A stretch of 64,000 nt of DNA from a virus. Of this stretch, positions 42,141 through 50,778 are shown in pieces. The position numbers were made by a program, and so were the translations under genes. The stretch is from positions 73,365-137,364 of IMG/VR virus record IMGVR_UViG_3300046787_000316; one strand, written 5' to 3'. Numbering within the stretch: the stretch's first letter is position 1; each line of letters starts with the position of its first letter. The notes under the pieces are model-generated. The model was given only the letters and a program-made list of their open reading frames with translations. It was not told where the DNA came from and did not search any database.

Positions 42141-42544
42141 TATAGTTTAGTTTTTATATCATCAATTTCAACTTGAATATCTAATAACTTTTCATCTGCT
42201 TTTTTCTCAATCTCATCGATTGTTTCTTCCAAATCCGTTAATAACTGAGCTTTCTCATGCTCACTTAACCAACCATCCTCACCAATTCCCTTAGCTTCTG
42301 CGGCTGCTAATCGTTGTGCAATTGTTGCAAGTTTAATCAAATGGTCATCATTCTTAATTGATGTATCTATTAAATCTCTAATGATAGGTGCAAGGACTGT
42401 TGCCTCACCTACGTTACGAATTAATTTACGAAGCGATTCAATCATTTCCGAAATGTTTTTCTTTTTTGATTGCTGATTATCGTAAATATCTTTAAATAAT
42501 GATGATAAGTTTTTACCATCAAATAACTGAAATTCTGTTGCCAT
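42140..42544 (-). CDS. Hypothetical helical protein
   Basis: 134-aa ORF coupled to both neighbours. Confidence 0.6.
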   Translation of the reverse strand: MATEFQLFDGKNLSSLFKDIYDNQQSKKKNISEMIESLRKLIRNVGEATVLAPIIRDLIDTSIKNDDHLIKLATIAQRLAAAEAKGIGEDGWLSEHEKAQLLTDLEETIDEIEKKADEKLLDIQVEIDDIKTKL

Positions 42545-42545
42545 A

Positions 42546-43322
42546 TTATATTATGTTCTTCTTTACTATATAATTATAAAGTTCTTCACTTATTAGTTTA
42601 TATCCTTCTTTATTTGGATGTTGAGTTGCCCTCGTCTTAAATGTTGCGTCTTGATGTTCCCATATATCCAACCGTTTGGTTTTATTTAAAAAATCTCTAA
42701 ACGTTTCTTTATCAAATCCCCAATATGTTGATTTATTTATCGTATGTCTAACATCATCTTTTTTATGCAAATCAATCAGCATAGATTCTATACCATCACA
42801 CATAACATATTTTATACCATAATAATTAAATAGTTGTTGTAAAAATGTTATATAGTTCTGATTAACAATGTTGTAATAATTTTGATTAAATAATTCAGCA
42901 ATAAAGAAGTTCTTATAATTTATAAGAAAATCATTATAATCTTCATTATTACTTCTAAATGAATTTACAAATTTCTCTGGAGTTTCTATTAAGTGTTTAA
43001 CAGACCAACTAACCCACTCACCTTTTGGTAAAAATGGAACGTAATCCCTCAAAGATGAACTCCACATTATAACAACCAAATCACCTGTTCTAATTCTACC
43101 ATCTTGTACATCTGTAACAGTCTGATTGAATATCTTATTATTGGCATTTCCACTAACACCATTGTTGTGTAATGAAATACCTAATTTATTAGATAATTGA
43201 GTTGGCCATGATAATGAGTTTCTAAATAATCTCTTATCATCTCTATCGGTTAATGTACTTTCAACTGAAATATCAGCGCCTTCTCCTTCTGTCCAACTAC
43301 ATCCGTATGTGTGTAATATCAT
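42546..43322 (-). CDS. SGNH/GDSL-fold protein
   Basis: YGCSWTEG, NNGVSGNAN, QHPNKEGY. Confidence 0.65.
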   Translation of the reverse strand: MILHTYGCSWTEGEGADISVESTLTDRDDKRLFRNSLSWPTQLSNKLGISLHNNGVSGNANNKIFNQTVTDVQDGRIRTGDLVVIMWSSSLRDYVPFLPKGEWVSWSVKHLIETPEKFVNSFRSNNEDYNDFLINYKNFFIAELFNQNYYNIVNQNYITFLQQLFNYYGIKYVMCDGIESMLIDLHKKDDVRHTINKSTYWGFDKETFRDFLNKTKRLDIWEHQDATFKTRATQHPNKEGYKLISEELYNYIVKKNII

Positions 43323-45013
43323 AACTTACTTATTAAATAATTTCCCATAACTAAATAATCCATATCACAATTAAGGAATGTATCAATTGCTGTTTGTGGG
43401 TCGTTTACCATTGTTTGTCCTCTCAAATTAAATGAAGTGTTTAAAAGTATAGGAGTACCGGATACTCTTTTGAATTCTTTTAATAATTGATAGTATAATG
43501 GATTAGATTCTCTTTTTACTGTTTGTATTCTAGCAGAACGGTCAACATGAGTTACGGATGGTATTGATTTATAATCTGTAACTTTCACAACCTGATTCAT
43601 ATAAGGAACATCTTCTTCTGAATTAAAATATTTCTTATATTCTCTATGAGTTACCGATGGAGCAAATGGTCTAAACATTTCTCTCTTTTTGACAACTCTA
43701 TTGATTCTATCTCTAATATCCGATAAATGTGGGTTTCCCAAAATAGAACGATTCCCCAATGCTCTTGCACCAAATTCTGTTCTACCTTGAAACCATCCTA
43801 TAATATTACCATCATTAATAAGTTGTGCCGTTTTTTGTAATAACTCTTTAGTTTTAAGTTTAGTACCTGTCACACTTAAATTTAATTCTATTATTTGAGA
43901 TAAAGATTCGTTGTCCCATTCTGGACCTAAATATGGTGAAGTATTATCACCACCTTTTACTTTTTGATGACCCAATATATCATGCCATTGATATAAACAA
44001 GCCCCGATTGCAGAACCGGCATCCGATGGAGCAAATGGTATCCAAACATTATGAACTCCGCAATGTTTTTTAATTTTACCATTAGCAGTTCCATTATAAG
44101 CAGAACCACCACCCAACACTAAATTGGAACTTTTAGAATGACTCATTGAATTGTTGATAATATAATATAAACAACCTTCATACCATTTTTGCAACGCTGC
44201 TGCCAAATCTTTATGATGTTGTTCGATATCACTATCAGCTTCTCTTGGTTCGAATCCAATTAAATCTACTAAATCCATAGTAAACATATCTTTATTAGAA
44301 TATTGCCAAGTGAAATATTTCTGATTTATAGAAATCAATGAATCAGTACCAAATGATGTTATTTTATTGAATATATCATAAAACCTATCGGATTCACCAT
44401 ACGGAGCTAATCCCATTACTTTATATTCACCACTATTTGGTTTAAATCCCAAATAAGCAGTAATAGATGAGTAAACTAACCCCAATGAGTTAGGAAATTT
44501 TATAGATTTTACTTCATTTATACCATTTATGGTACATTCTGCGATTGAAACGCTATCCCACTCACCAACGCCATCAATTGAAATACCAACGGCATCATCA
44601 AATGGTGATGTATAAAATGATAACGCTAAATGCGATAAATGGTGCTTTGTAGTGGTAATTTCACCATTAAACCCCAATTTATCGTTAATATATCGTTTTA
44701 AACTACCTTCTGTTGATTTAAAATCTCGTTTAAACCTATTCCAAGTTCTAAAGTTGCGAATCCAACGTTTTCCTAATGTTTTACTAACTCTATCGTATTT
44801 TAATGCCGGTTCTTCGTACCAACAAATCATATCGATATCATTAATTGTAATGTTTGCGTAATCCAAACACATTTGAATTGCCTGTAACGGAAAAGAGTTG
44901 TCATGCTTAATGCCTGACAACTTCTCTTCTTCTATTGCTACAATTACTTTTCCATCTACTACCAAAGCTGCTGCCGAATCGTGGTAGAATGCTGATAATC
45001 CTAATTGAATCAT
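43319..45013 (-). CDS. Carbamoyltransferase (NodU/CmcH/TobZ family)
   Basis: YHDSAAAL, EEEKLSGIKH, HHLSH, IDGVGEW, EYKVMGLAPYG, GRTEFGARALGNRSIL, FRPFAP, LLNTSFN. Confidence 0.95.
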   Translation of the reverse strand: MIQLGLSAFYHDSAAALVVDGKVIVAIEEEKLSGIKHDNSFPLQAIQMCLDYANITINDIDMICWYEEPALKYDRVSKTLGKRWIRNFRTWNRFKRDFKSTEGSLKRYINDKLGFNGEITTTKHHLSHLALSFYTSPFDDAVGISIDGVGEWDSVSIAECTINGINEVKSIKFPNSLGLVYSSITAYLGFKPNSGEYKVMGLAPYGESDRFYDIFNKITSFGTDSLISINQKYFTWQYSNKDMFTMDLVDLIGFEPREADSDIEQHHKDLAAALQKWYEGCLYYIINNSMSHSKSSNLVLGGGSAYNGTANGKIKKHCGVHNVWIPFAPSDAGSAIGACLYQWHDILGHQKVKGGDNTSPYLGPEWDNESLSQIIELNLSVTGTKLKTKELLQKTAQLINDGNIIGWFQGRTEFGARALGNRSILGNPHLSDIRDRINRVVKKREMFRPFAPSVTHREYKKYFNSEEDVPYMNQVVKVTDYKSIPSVTHVDRSARIQTVKRESNPLYYQLLKEFKRVSGTPILLNTSFNLRGQTMVNDPQTAIDTFLNCDMDYLVMGNYLISKL

Positions 45014-45016
45014 AAT

Positions 45017-45733
45017 TTAGATATTTATATCACCCGTATCCATAAATTGATTATACAATTCCATTTGCTTTTCTCTCATTTTAGTAACAACCTTTGTTAT
45101 ATAATGAGTTGGGTGACCTGTCATTTCTCTTATAAGTAGATACAAACTCTTTTTATTGAAAGATTCAATATAGTCTGCTCTTCGAAATAACTCTAAGATA
45201 GCATCTGCGATTTGCATATCTCTTTTCTTTGGGAAATAGTTTTCTAAATGCTCATCCCAATATGCCAACATTCTTTTATTAAAAGTACGATATTCATCGT
45301 TAATACTTTCTTCTTTCCAATTATTTTCGGTATCGAATGATGGTGGTAACGATGACATTATATCCGTTTCCTTATATCTTTTGTAATTTGCATTGTTTGT
45401 AAGGATAAGATAGTTCCTTGCAACGATTGTAAAATAACTAAATGCTTTACCTTTACCGGCTTTATACATGTGTATCTTTTCAATCATAAATGCAACAACC
45501 TCGCACATTACATCTTGCGGTTCATCATCGAAATAACTAAATTTCCATTTGTTATAAACGATTTCCGCTAATTTATCGAATGCCGGCTTGATTCTATCTC
45601 TATAAACTCTATCTTTGATACGTTGGTCGTTTGTTGAGTTATACTCAATGATTGCATCTTCTGTATCTTTTGTGAAATATTGTTTATTTCTTGGCTTTCT
45701 AGTTACTTTGGTTGAACTCTTTGTATTTTTCAA
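45017..45733 (-). CDS. Phage late-transcription sigma factor (T4 gp55-like)
   Basis: YFT..TEDAIIEYN, KLAE, KAFSYFTIVARNYL (region 2.3-like); only a TTG start is available. Confidence 0.7.
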   Translation of the reverse strand: MKNTKSSTKVTRKPRNKQYFTKDTEDAIIEYNSTNDQRIKDRVYRDRIKPAFDKLAEIVYNKWKFSYFDDEPQDVMCEVVAFMIEKIHMYKAGKGKAFSYFTIVARNYLILTNNANYKRYKETDIMSSLPPSFDTENNWKEESINDEYRTFNKRMLAYWDEHLENYFPKKRDMQIADAILELFRRADYIESFNKKSLYLLIREMTGHPTHYITKVVTKMREKQMELYNQFMDTGDINI

Positions 45734-45950
45734 TTGTTTCTTTTATTTGGTAAAAAATTGAACCTACTTCATCATCCTTCTCAAACATTTCACGAGAATC
45801 AATTTCTCTCAATGCCTCCAGTAACGCTTGGTTTCGTATTGTTTCTTTTTCTATAAATTCTTCATACGTTTCTAATTTTTGTAGAAGATTATACGTTGTG
45901 TAGCCTAATCCTATCGATAAAACTACCAATAATAATATAATGTATTCCAT
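45699..45950 (-). CDS. Small membrane-anchored protein
   Basis: Hydrophobic N-terminal helix IILLLVVLSIGLGY followed by a helical region. Confidence 0.65.
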   Translation of the reverse strand: MEYIILLLVVLSIGLGYTTYNLLQKLETYEEFIEKETIRNQALLEALREIDSREMFEKDDEVGSIFYQIKETIEKYKEFNQSN

Positions 45951-45952
45951 AA

Positions 45953-46594
45953 TTAAACTACTTCATATCCTTTTAAAAATAAATCATTAGCTTTCTTATA
46001 CTTCACTTCAATCAATTCACCGGTTGGAGATTTCATAACAACTTTATCATTTCTTCCTGGTAATTCATTTGTAGTACGAGTTGTATTATACACTCTATCT
46101 TTGATAGTAATACCATCTAAGTGGTCAATTTCATGCTGAACTACAACAGTCATCATCGTTTCAACCGATACTTGTCCTTTATCTCCTTCTGGATTAATTT
46201 CAAATACCATTTCACCCATATTATCTGATTGAACTACAATTTTACAAGCACGAATCGTTCTTAATGGTTTTTCAATAGTCTTTGGAAGAGATAAACATCC
46301 TTCGTAAAAAATAAACCCTTCTTTGGAACGGTCTGTAATAACTGGATTAACTAAGAATAATTCTCTACCATTCTCATCATCTCCAAATTTAATATAACAT
46401 GCTCTTTTCTTAATTCCTAATTGAGTAGCTGATATACCTAAACCCGGATACTTCTTAAACCCTTCCTCTAATTGAGAACGTAACTCATCTGCTTCAGCTG
46501 TACTGATTTCAGATTTTGGGACTGGTGTTTTTAGGTATTCTACGAATTCAGGCGAAGTTAACCCATTCGAACCTTTTTCTAATATTAATTTCAT
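45953..46594 (-). CDS. def: Peptide deformylase
   Basis: GLGISATQLG, EGCLS, QHEIDHLDG. Confidence 0.95.
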   Translation of the reverse strand: MKLILEKGSNGLTSPEFVEYLKTPVPKSEISTAEADELRSQLEEGFKKYPGLGISATQLGIKKRACYIKFGDDENGRELFLVNPVITDRSKEGFIFYEGCLSLPKTIEKPLRTIRACKIVVQSDNMGEMVFEINPEGDKGQVSVETMMTVVVQHEIDHLDGITIKDRVYNTTRTTNELPGRNDKVVMKSPTGELIEVKYKKANDLFLKGYEVV

Positions 46595-46617
46595 TGTTTG
46601 GTTTTTATAAATTTTAC

Positions 46618-46649
46618 TAAATATATGAAAAATAATTCAAATTACCAAA
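46618..46649 (-). promoter_or_regulatory. Bacteroidota-type promoter variant (TTTG-N20-TATATTTA)
   Basis: Plus taaatata 46618-46625 and caaa 46646-46649. Confidence 0.7.
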
Positions 46650-46660
46650 TAATTACCAAA

Positions 46661-47554
46661 TTATAATTTAATAAATGGTAATATTGCTAATTCTTTTGCT
46701 TTTGCCTCAACCATAATATCTACATCTAATCCGTATGTATTAGGGATTGAGTTGATGTAATCGGAGTGAGCTTGTGGTTTAAGTTTATCATTACCTTCGT
46801 GCAATACTTTACTTTCGGAATAATGAACAACTGGTATAATATCTTTTGGCCAAGTTGTAGCTGCCAATTTAAGTGCAGCTTCTTCGGATAAATCGCCTGT
46901 ACAAAATGTATGATGATGATAATCAAATACAATCGGTATTTTGATTGCGTCGTGGATATACATTAAATCTCTAACAGAATACATAGATGCTTTATCATCA
47001 TTCTCAATTGTTAAGCGATTTTGAACCGATTTGGAGAGTCTTTGGAAGTTTTTGATGAATCTATCCATTGCAGATATTTTATCTCCGTAGACACCATTAC
47101 AATGGATATTAATCTTATTATACGGAGTTTGTGATAACCCCATCATATCAAAAACCTTACCATGTAATTCTAAATCAGCAATTGTAGCCAAAACTACTTT
47201 CTCATTAGGAGAAACTAATACATTAAATGGACCTGGATGAGATGTAATACGAATATTATGGAGTTTGGCGTAATCGCCTGCTTTCTTTAATTCATCTTTG
47301 ATTTGAGTATAATCTTTGAGTTGAGTTAAATCTAAGTTATCACCCCACGGGATAAGAGCAGAAGATAAACGGAAAAATGTAATTCCGTTTAATCTATTCC
47401 ACTCTAAAATTTTTATAATATCTTTTGCATTGAGTAATGCAAGTTCTGAAACATAATCTAAACCTTTCTCATTAAAGGTTTTTTTAACCATAGTTCGGTT
47501 AGTGGTAACTTTCTTACCCAATGACATGTTAATACAAGCGTATCCTAATTTCAT
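46661..47554 (-). CDS. uvsE: UV DNA damage repair endonuclease
   Basis: LGYACIN, FFRLSS, RITSHPGPFNVL, INIH, LTIENDD, VFDYHHH, HYSES, AHSDYI, MVEAKAKE. Confidence 0.93.
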   Translation of the reverse strand: MKLGYACINMSLGKKVTTNRTMVKKTFNEKGLDYVSELALLNAKDIIKILEWNRLNGITFFRLSSALIPWGDNLDLTQLKDYTQIKDELKKAGDYAKLHNIRITSHPGPFNVLVSPNEKVVLATIADLELHGKVFDMMGLSQTPYNKINIHCNGVYGDKISAMDRFIKNFQRLSKSVQNRLTIENDDKASMYSVRDLMYIHDAIKIPIVFDYHHHTFCTGDLSEEAALKLAATTWPKDIIPVVHYSESKVLHEGNDKLKPQAHSDYINSIPNTYGLDVDIMVEAKAKELAILPFIKL

Positions 47555-47580
47555 AATTTAAAGTTTAAATTTTATAATAA

Positions 47581-47612
47581 CAAATATAAACAAAAATTAT
47601 GAGAATGCCAAA
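47581..47612 (-). promoter_or_regulatory. Bacteroidota-type sigma70 promoter (TTTG-N20-TATATTTG)
   Basis: Plus caaatata 47581-47588 and caaa 47609-47612. Confidence 0.85.
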
Positions 47613-47616
47613 TATT

Positions 47617-48738
47617 TTAGTAAGTTTTTACGTTTTCCTCTTCTGTTCGAAGTCTTGATAAATCTCTAATAGTTCCACCCTTAGTTGCTAACCAATAATT
47701 AACTGCTTTTGGATTGTTTATCCACAATTTACGATTATTCCAAGGAAATTCGGGATGCATATACTCTTCCCATTGTAAATTTAAAGGAATTTCATCCAAT
47801 TTCACATTTTCTGAAACATCTTCCGTAATTTCATCATCTGTGAAAGTATTTTCCACTAAAATAGGAGTTTCTTCTTCAATTGGTAAATCTTTTCCACTAA
47901 AATCTTCATTTTGTAAATTATTTTCCACTAACTCATCGCCGTATATCTCATATAATCCCAATTTTTCATCATCTTCCATCATCTTACTCAAAATCTTCCT
48001 TCTCTTTTCCGATTGAGGTTCAATTAATCCATTAAATGCGATGATTAGAGCTACTGCAAGTGGGTCAAACACAATTACGATGATAAAAATGAAGAATTTT
48101 ACAACATTTTTCAATTCCACACCAAATGCTTCTGCTACAAATCGGAATCCACCAACTTCTTTTTCTAAATCTAAATTGGAAATTTTAATTTGATTGATTT
48201 TTTCAGTTTCGGAAGCATTTTCAGCTTGTAAATTAGAAATTTTATCGTTTAATTTGGAAATTTCTTTATCTCTATTATCAATTGAACGTAATAATCTTCT
48301 ATTAACCTTACCTCCATCGATAATTTTACCTTGATTAGCGTTAAATTCCGTAATTTGAGTAGAAAGTTGAGTAATTTGAGCCGTATTTTGGTCAATTTTG
48401 GTTTGATGAACCATTACTTCCCTATCTACTTGTTGTAATTTAAGAGATTGTGCTTGAAAAGCATTTGAAAGATATCCAAAAATACCGGCGGAAGTGATTA
48501 ACATAAGAATTCCTACTGAAATAGTAAGATACCATTTATTAAATCCTTCTAATACATCCCACTTTTGCTTCAAATAAGTAGCAGCAACTAACTTAGCAAA
48601 CTCAAGAGAGCCAGCCATAACCATTACGGATATAGATGCTCCTGCAAAAAGAACACCTAAACCCGTTACGGAGAAATATGCGGCACATCCGGCAATAATT
48701 AGCGCAGATAAACCGACTAAATATTTAAGCCAATTCAT
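47617..48738 (-). CDS. Membrane protein with coiled coil (DUF4407-like)
   Basis: Three N-terminal hydrophobic helices, ITSAGIFGYLS, coiled coil, further TM helix IVIVFDPLAV. Confidence 0.6.
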   Translation of the reverse strand: MNWLKYLVGLSALIIAGCAAYFSVTGLGVLFAGASISVMVMAGSLEFAKLVAATYLKQKWDVLEGFNKWYLTISVGILMLITSAGIFGYLSNAFQAQSLKLQQVDREVMVHQTKIDQNTAQITQLSTQITEFNANQGKIIDGGKVNRRLLRSIDNRDKEISKLNDKISNLQAENASETEKINQIKISNLDLEKEVGGFRFVAEAFGVELKNVVKFFIFIIVIVFDPLAVALIIAFNGLIEPQSEKRRKILSKMMEDDEKLGLYEIYGDELVENNLQNEDFSGKDLPIEEETPILVENTFTDDEITEDVSENVKLDEIPLNLQWEEYMHPEFPWNNRKLWINNPKAVNYWLATKGGTIRDLSRLRTEEENVKTY

Positions 48739-48739
48739 A

Positions 48740-48919
48740 TTAATCTCTTTCGATACTGATTAACTCACCGATACGTTCAACTACCTTTTTAGTTTCTGCA
48801 ATAATTTGAACTGTTTCTTGGTTATTCATCTGAATTGCTCCAGTTGCAATCCCTTCAATGATTCTCAATTTACCATTCAGAACCTCTACTAAACCTTGTA
48901 CTTTTTCTTTGTATATCAT
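48740..48919 (-). CDS. Small hypothetical protein
   Basis: Start reset to MIYKEKVQ because the longer track ORF begins inside a terminator hairpin. Confidence 0.55.
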   Translation of the reverse strand: MIYKEKVQGLVEVLNGKLRIIEGIATGAIQMNNQETVQIIAETKKVVERIGELISIERD

Positions 48920-48940
48920 AACAATATATATTTTATTAAT

Positions 48941-48975
48941 AAAAAATGGGTAAAAGCACTTTGCCTTCACCCATT
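48941..48975 (-). terminator. Rho-independent terminator
   Basis: Minus AATGGGTGAAGGCA-aag-TGCTTTTACCCATT (14 bp with G-U pairs) followed by TTTT, after the HD gene. Confidence 0.75.
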
Positions 48976-49009
48976 AAAGATACGATTAAAAAATGAATTT
49001 TCCTAATTA

Positions 49010-49657
49010 TTAAACTTCATTTTCTTGTGATTCAATTACTGTACTCATGTGGTCTGCCCAATGCATTATGTATGGAATTTTGTATTTCATACGTTTTGTA
49101 ATATCAAATACTTTTAAATATTTAGTATTATCTTCATCGTACAATCCATCTGTAAGTTTCATACCAAAGTATTCAGCCTCGGTAACTTCGATACCATATT
49201 GCTGCAATAAGAACATAGTTCTATCGGTATGAGTCATGTGAGATAATTCTGGGTTAGCTATAAATACTTTACCCTGATTCTTAATATGCCAATCTGATGG
49301 ATTAGCTATGTAGTAAGGTTTACCTTTAGAACCCAACTTACCTAAATCGTGATGTAATGCACAGAATACTAATTCTTCATCTGTAAAATCTACTTGCCCA
49401 CCTATACTGACAAATAGTTCTTTTACTTTTAATGCATTCTTACAAACATTAAAAATATGGTCTATATAACCACCTGTATAACAATTATGATATCCAGCAT
49501 TTCCACTTGCTGGTGATATTACAAGATTGATTCCTAATTCTTGTTCTGAATACATGAACAATAGTTTTTCCAATCTATCACCTGTGAAGTATTTCTTTAC
49601 TACTCCTAAAAACCTTTGATAATTTTCTGTTAATTCTTTTTCTGTTTTTTGCTTCAT
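49010..49657 (-). CDS. HD-domain phosphohydrolase
   Basis: GGYIDHI..V, ALHHDLGKLG, HWAD. Confidence 0.8.
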   Translation of the reverse strand: MKQKTEKELTENYQRFLGVVKKYFTGDRLEKLLFMYSEQELGINLVISPASGNAGYHNCYTGGYIDHIFNVCKNALKVKELFVSIGGQVDFTDEELVFCALHHDLGKLGSKGKPYYIANPSDWHIKNQGKVFIANPELSHMTHTDRTMFLLQQYGIEVTEAEYFGMKLTDGLYDEDNTKYLKVFDITKRMKYKIPYIMHWADHMSTVIESQENEV

Positions 49658-49695
49658 TGCTGTCTGTTTAAAGTTTAATAATTAAAATAATACTC

Positions 49696-49727
49696 CAAAT
49701 ATACGAAATTTTTTTGAATTTTCCAAA
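49696..49727 (-). promoter_or_regulatory. Bacteroidota-type sigma70 promoter (TTTG-N20-TATATTTG)
   Basis: Plus caaatata 49696-49703 and caaa 49724-49727. Confidence 0.85.
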
Positions 49728-49730
49728 TAT

Positions 49731-50045
49731 TTAGAGAGTTATTTCTTTTTTAGTTAGAATTTTAAATAAAATCTCAACCTCTTCTTCGGTTTGCAGCTCA
49801 GGCAAATCATCATCAAATAATCTCATTGTGTAAATTGTATTTCCGTTGGAATCTTTTAGGTTATCGGAATCGGAACTAAAAAGAGTTGGTATATCTTCGA
49901 CATACATCAGTTCTTCTTCATCGACATCTATTAATGGTATAACGTAATAATGGAAAGAGCCATTACCATCGTTACCCTCTACTTTGTGCGCTTTCCATTT
50001 AAGGAAGCTAGCATCTGTTATTGGTGTTTGCGGTACTATTATCAT
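49731..50045 (-). CDS. Acidic hypothetical protein
   Basis: 104-aa ORF starting 5 nt after a promoter -7 element. Confidence 0.6.
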   Translation of the reverse strand: MIIVPQTPITDASFLKWKAHKVEGNDGNGSFHYYVIPLIDVDEEELMYVEDIPTLFSSDSDNLKDSNGNTIYTMRLFDDDLPELQTEEEVEILFKILTKKEITL

Positions 50046-50050
50046 AGTAA

Positions 50051-50082
50051 CAAATATAATGAATTTTTGTTACATTTACAAA
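50051..50082 (-). promoter_or_regulatory. Bacteroidota-type sigma70 promoter (TTTG-N20-TATATTTG)
   Basis: Plus caaatata 50051-50058 and caaa 50079-50082. Confidence 0.85.
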
Positions 50083-50092
50083 TAAAATATTA

Positions 50093-50659
50093 TTAGATTA
50101 TTGTTTTTTTAGATATATCCATTGCATATTTTTCACCCCTTGGAAATGATACATCATCTAAATTATCAATTGAAATGTAATTTTGAAGTAATTTAAACCC
50201 ATCCCCATAATATAAACTTTCGTAAGTAATTTTGAAATAGTTTGGATTATTAATGAAATCATTAGTAATACCATTTGTTACTCTATCGAATTGCTGTATT
50301 ATTTCCAAATCATCTACTATGGTATTTGAATCATACTTCCATGCGTTATTCCACTTACCCGTCAACATAGCATTATTAAATGATAGTAATTGCTCTCGTT
50401 TGTTCTCTCTATATAATACGATTATCTTATCCGAAATGGATAATAATTTAGAATAGTCTATATCATATTGATATATTTCTTTTACGAATAAATGTTCAGT
50501 ATCGTATTTCCATTGAGTTGGGCACACGCCATTCTTAAACCACTTTAAAGTTGAATTAGTAATAGGTTCGTATAATGTTGTGAATTTGGTTTGATTATAA
50601 AACCAATTAGCTAAATTAGTAGAGCCGCTTCTTGGTTCAGCAATCACTGTAATGACCAT
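50093..50659 (-). CDS. PAPS-dependent sulfotransferase-like protein
   Basis: 5'-PSB AEPRSGSTNL, LYEP, 3'-PB LYRENKREQLLS, ITYESL. Confidence 0.75.
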   Translation of the reverse strand: MVITVIAEPRSGSTNLANWFYNQTKFTTLYEPITNSTLKWFKNGVCPTQWKYDTEHLFVKEIYQYDIDYSKLLSISDKIIVLYRENKREQLLSFNNAMLTGKWNNAWKYDSNTIVDDLEIIQQFDRVTNGITNDFINNPNYFKITYESLYYGDGFKLLQNYISIDNLDDVSFPRGEKYAMDISKKTII

Positions 50660-50663
50660 AATA

Positions 50664-50771
50664 CTATGTGTGCTTAACTTTTATTAAGTTAATTACAGTT
50701 TGTATCATTGCTAAACATTTTTCTTTTTGTGTAATTGTTAGTGGTTTAACCACTTTAACTATATTTCCCAT
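50664..50771 (-). CDS. 35-aa basic peptide, not in the ORF track
   Basis: MGNIVKVVKPLTITQKEKCLAMIQTVINLIKVKHT; fills the gap with 7-nt and 4-nt spacing to its neighbours. Confidence 0.65.
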   Translation of the reverse strand: MGNIVKVVKPLTITQKEKCLAMIQTVINLIKVKHT

Positions 50772-50778
50772 ATATTAA

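Noticed and set aside
48920-48970. N-terminal extension MKAKCFYPFF... of the 76-aa ORF (similarly 25105-25161 and 58458-58493)
   Set aside because: The extensions overlap a terminator or the neighbouring gene; downstream ATGs with A-rich leaders fit better
49010-49657. HD protein as DatZ of a 2-aminoadenine (Z) genome
   Set aside because: No PurZ or MazZ in the window and no specific motif beyond generic HD
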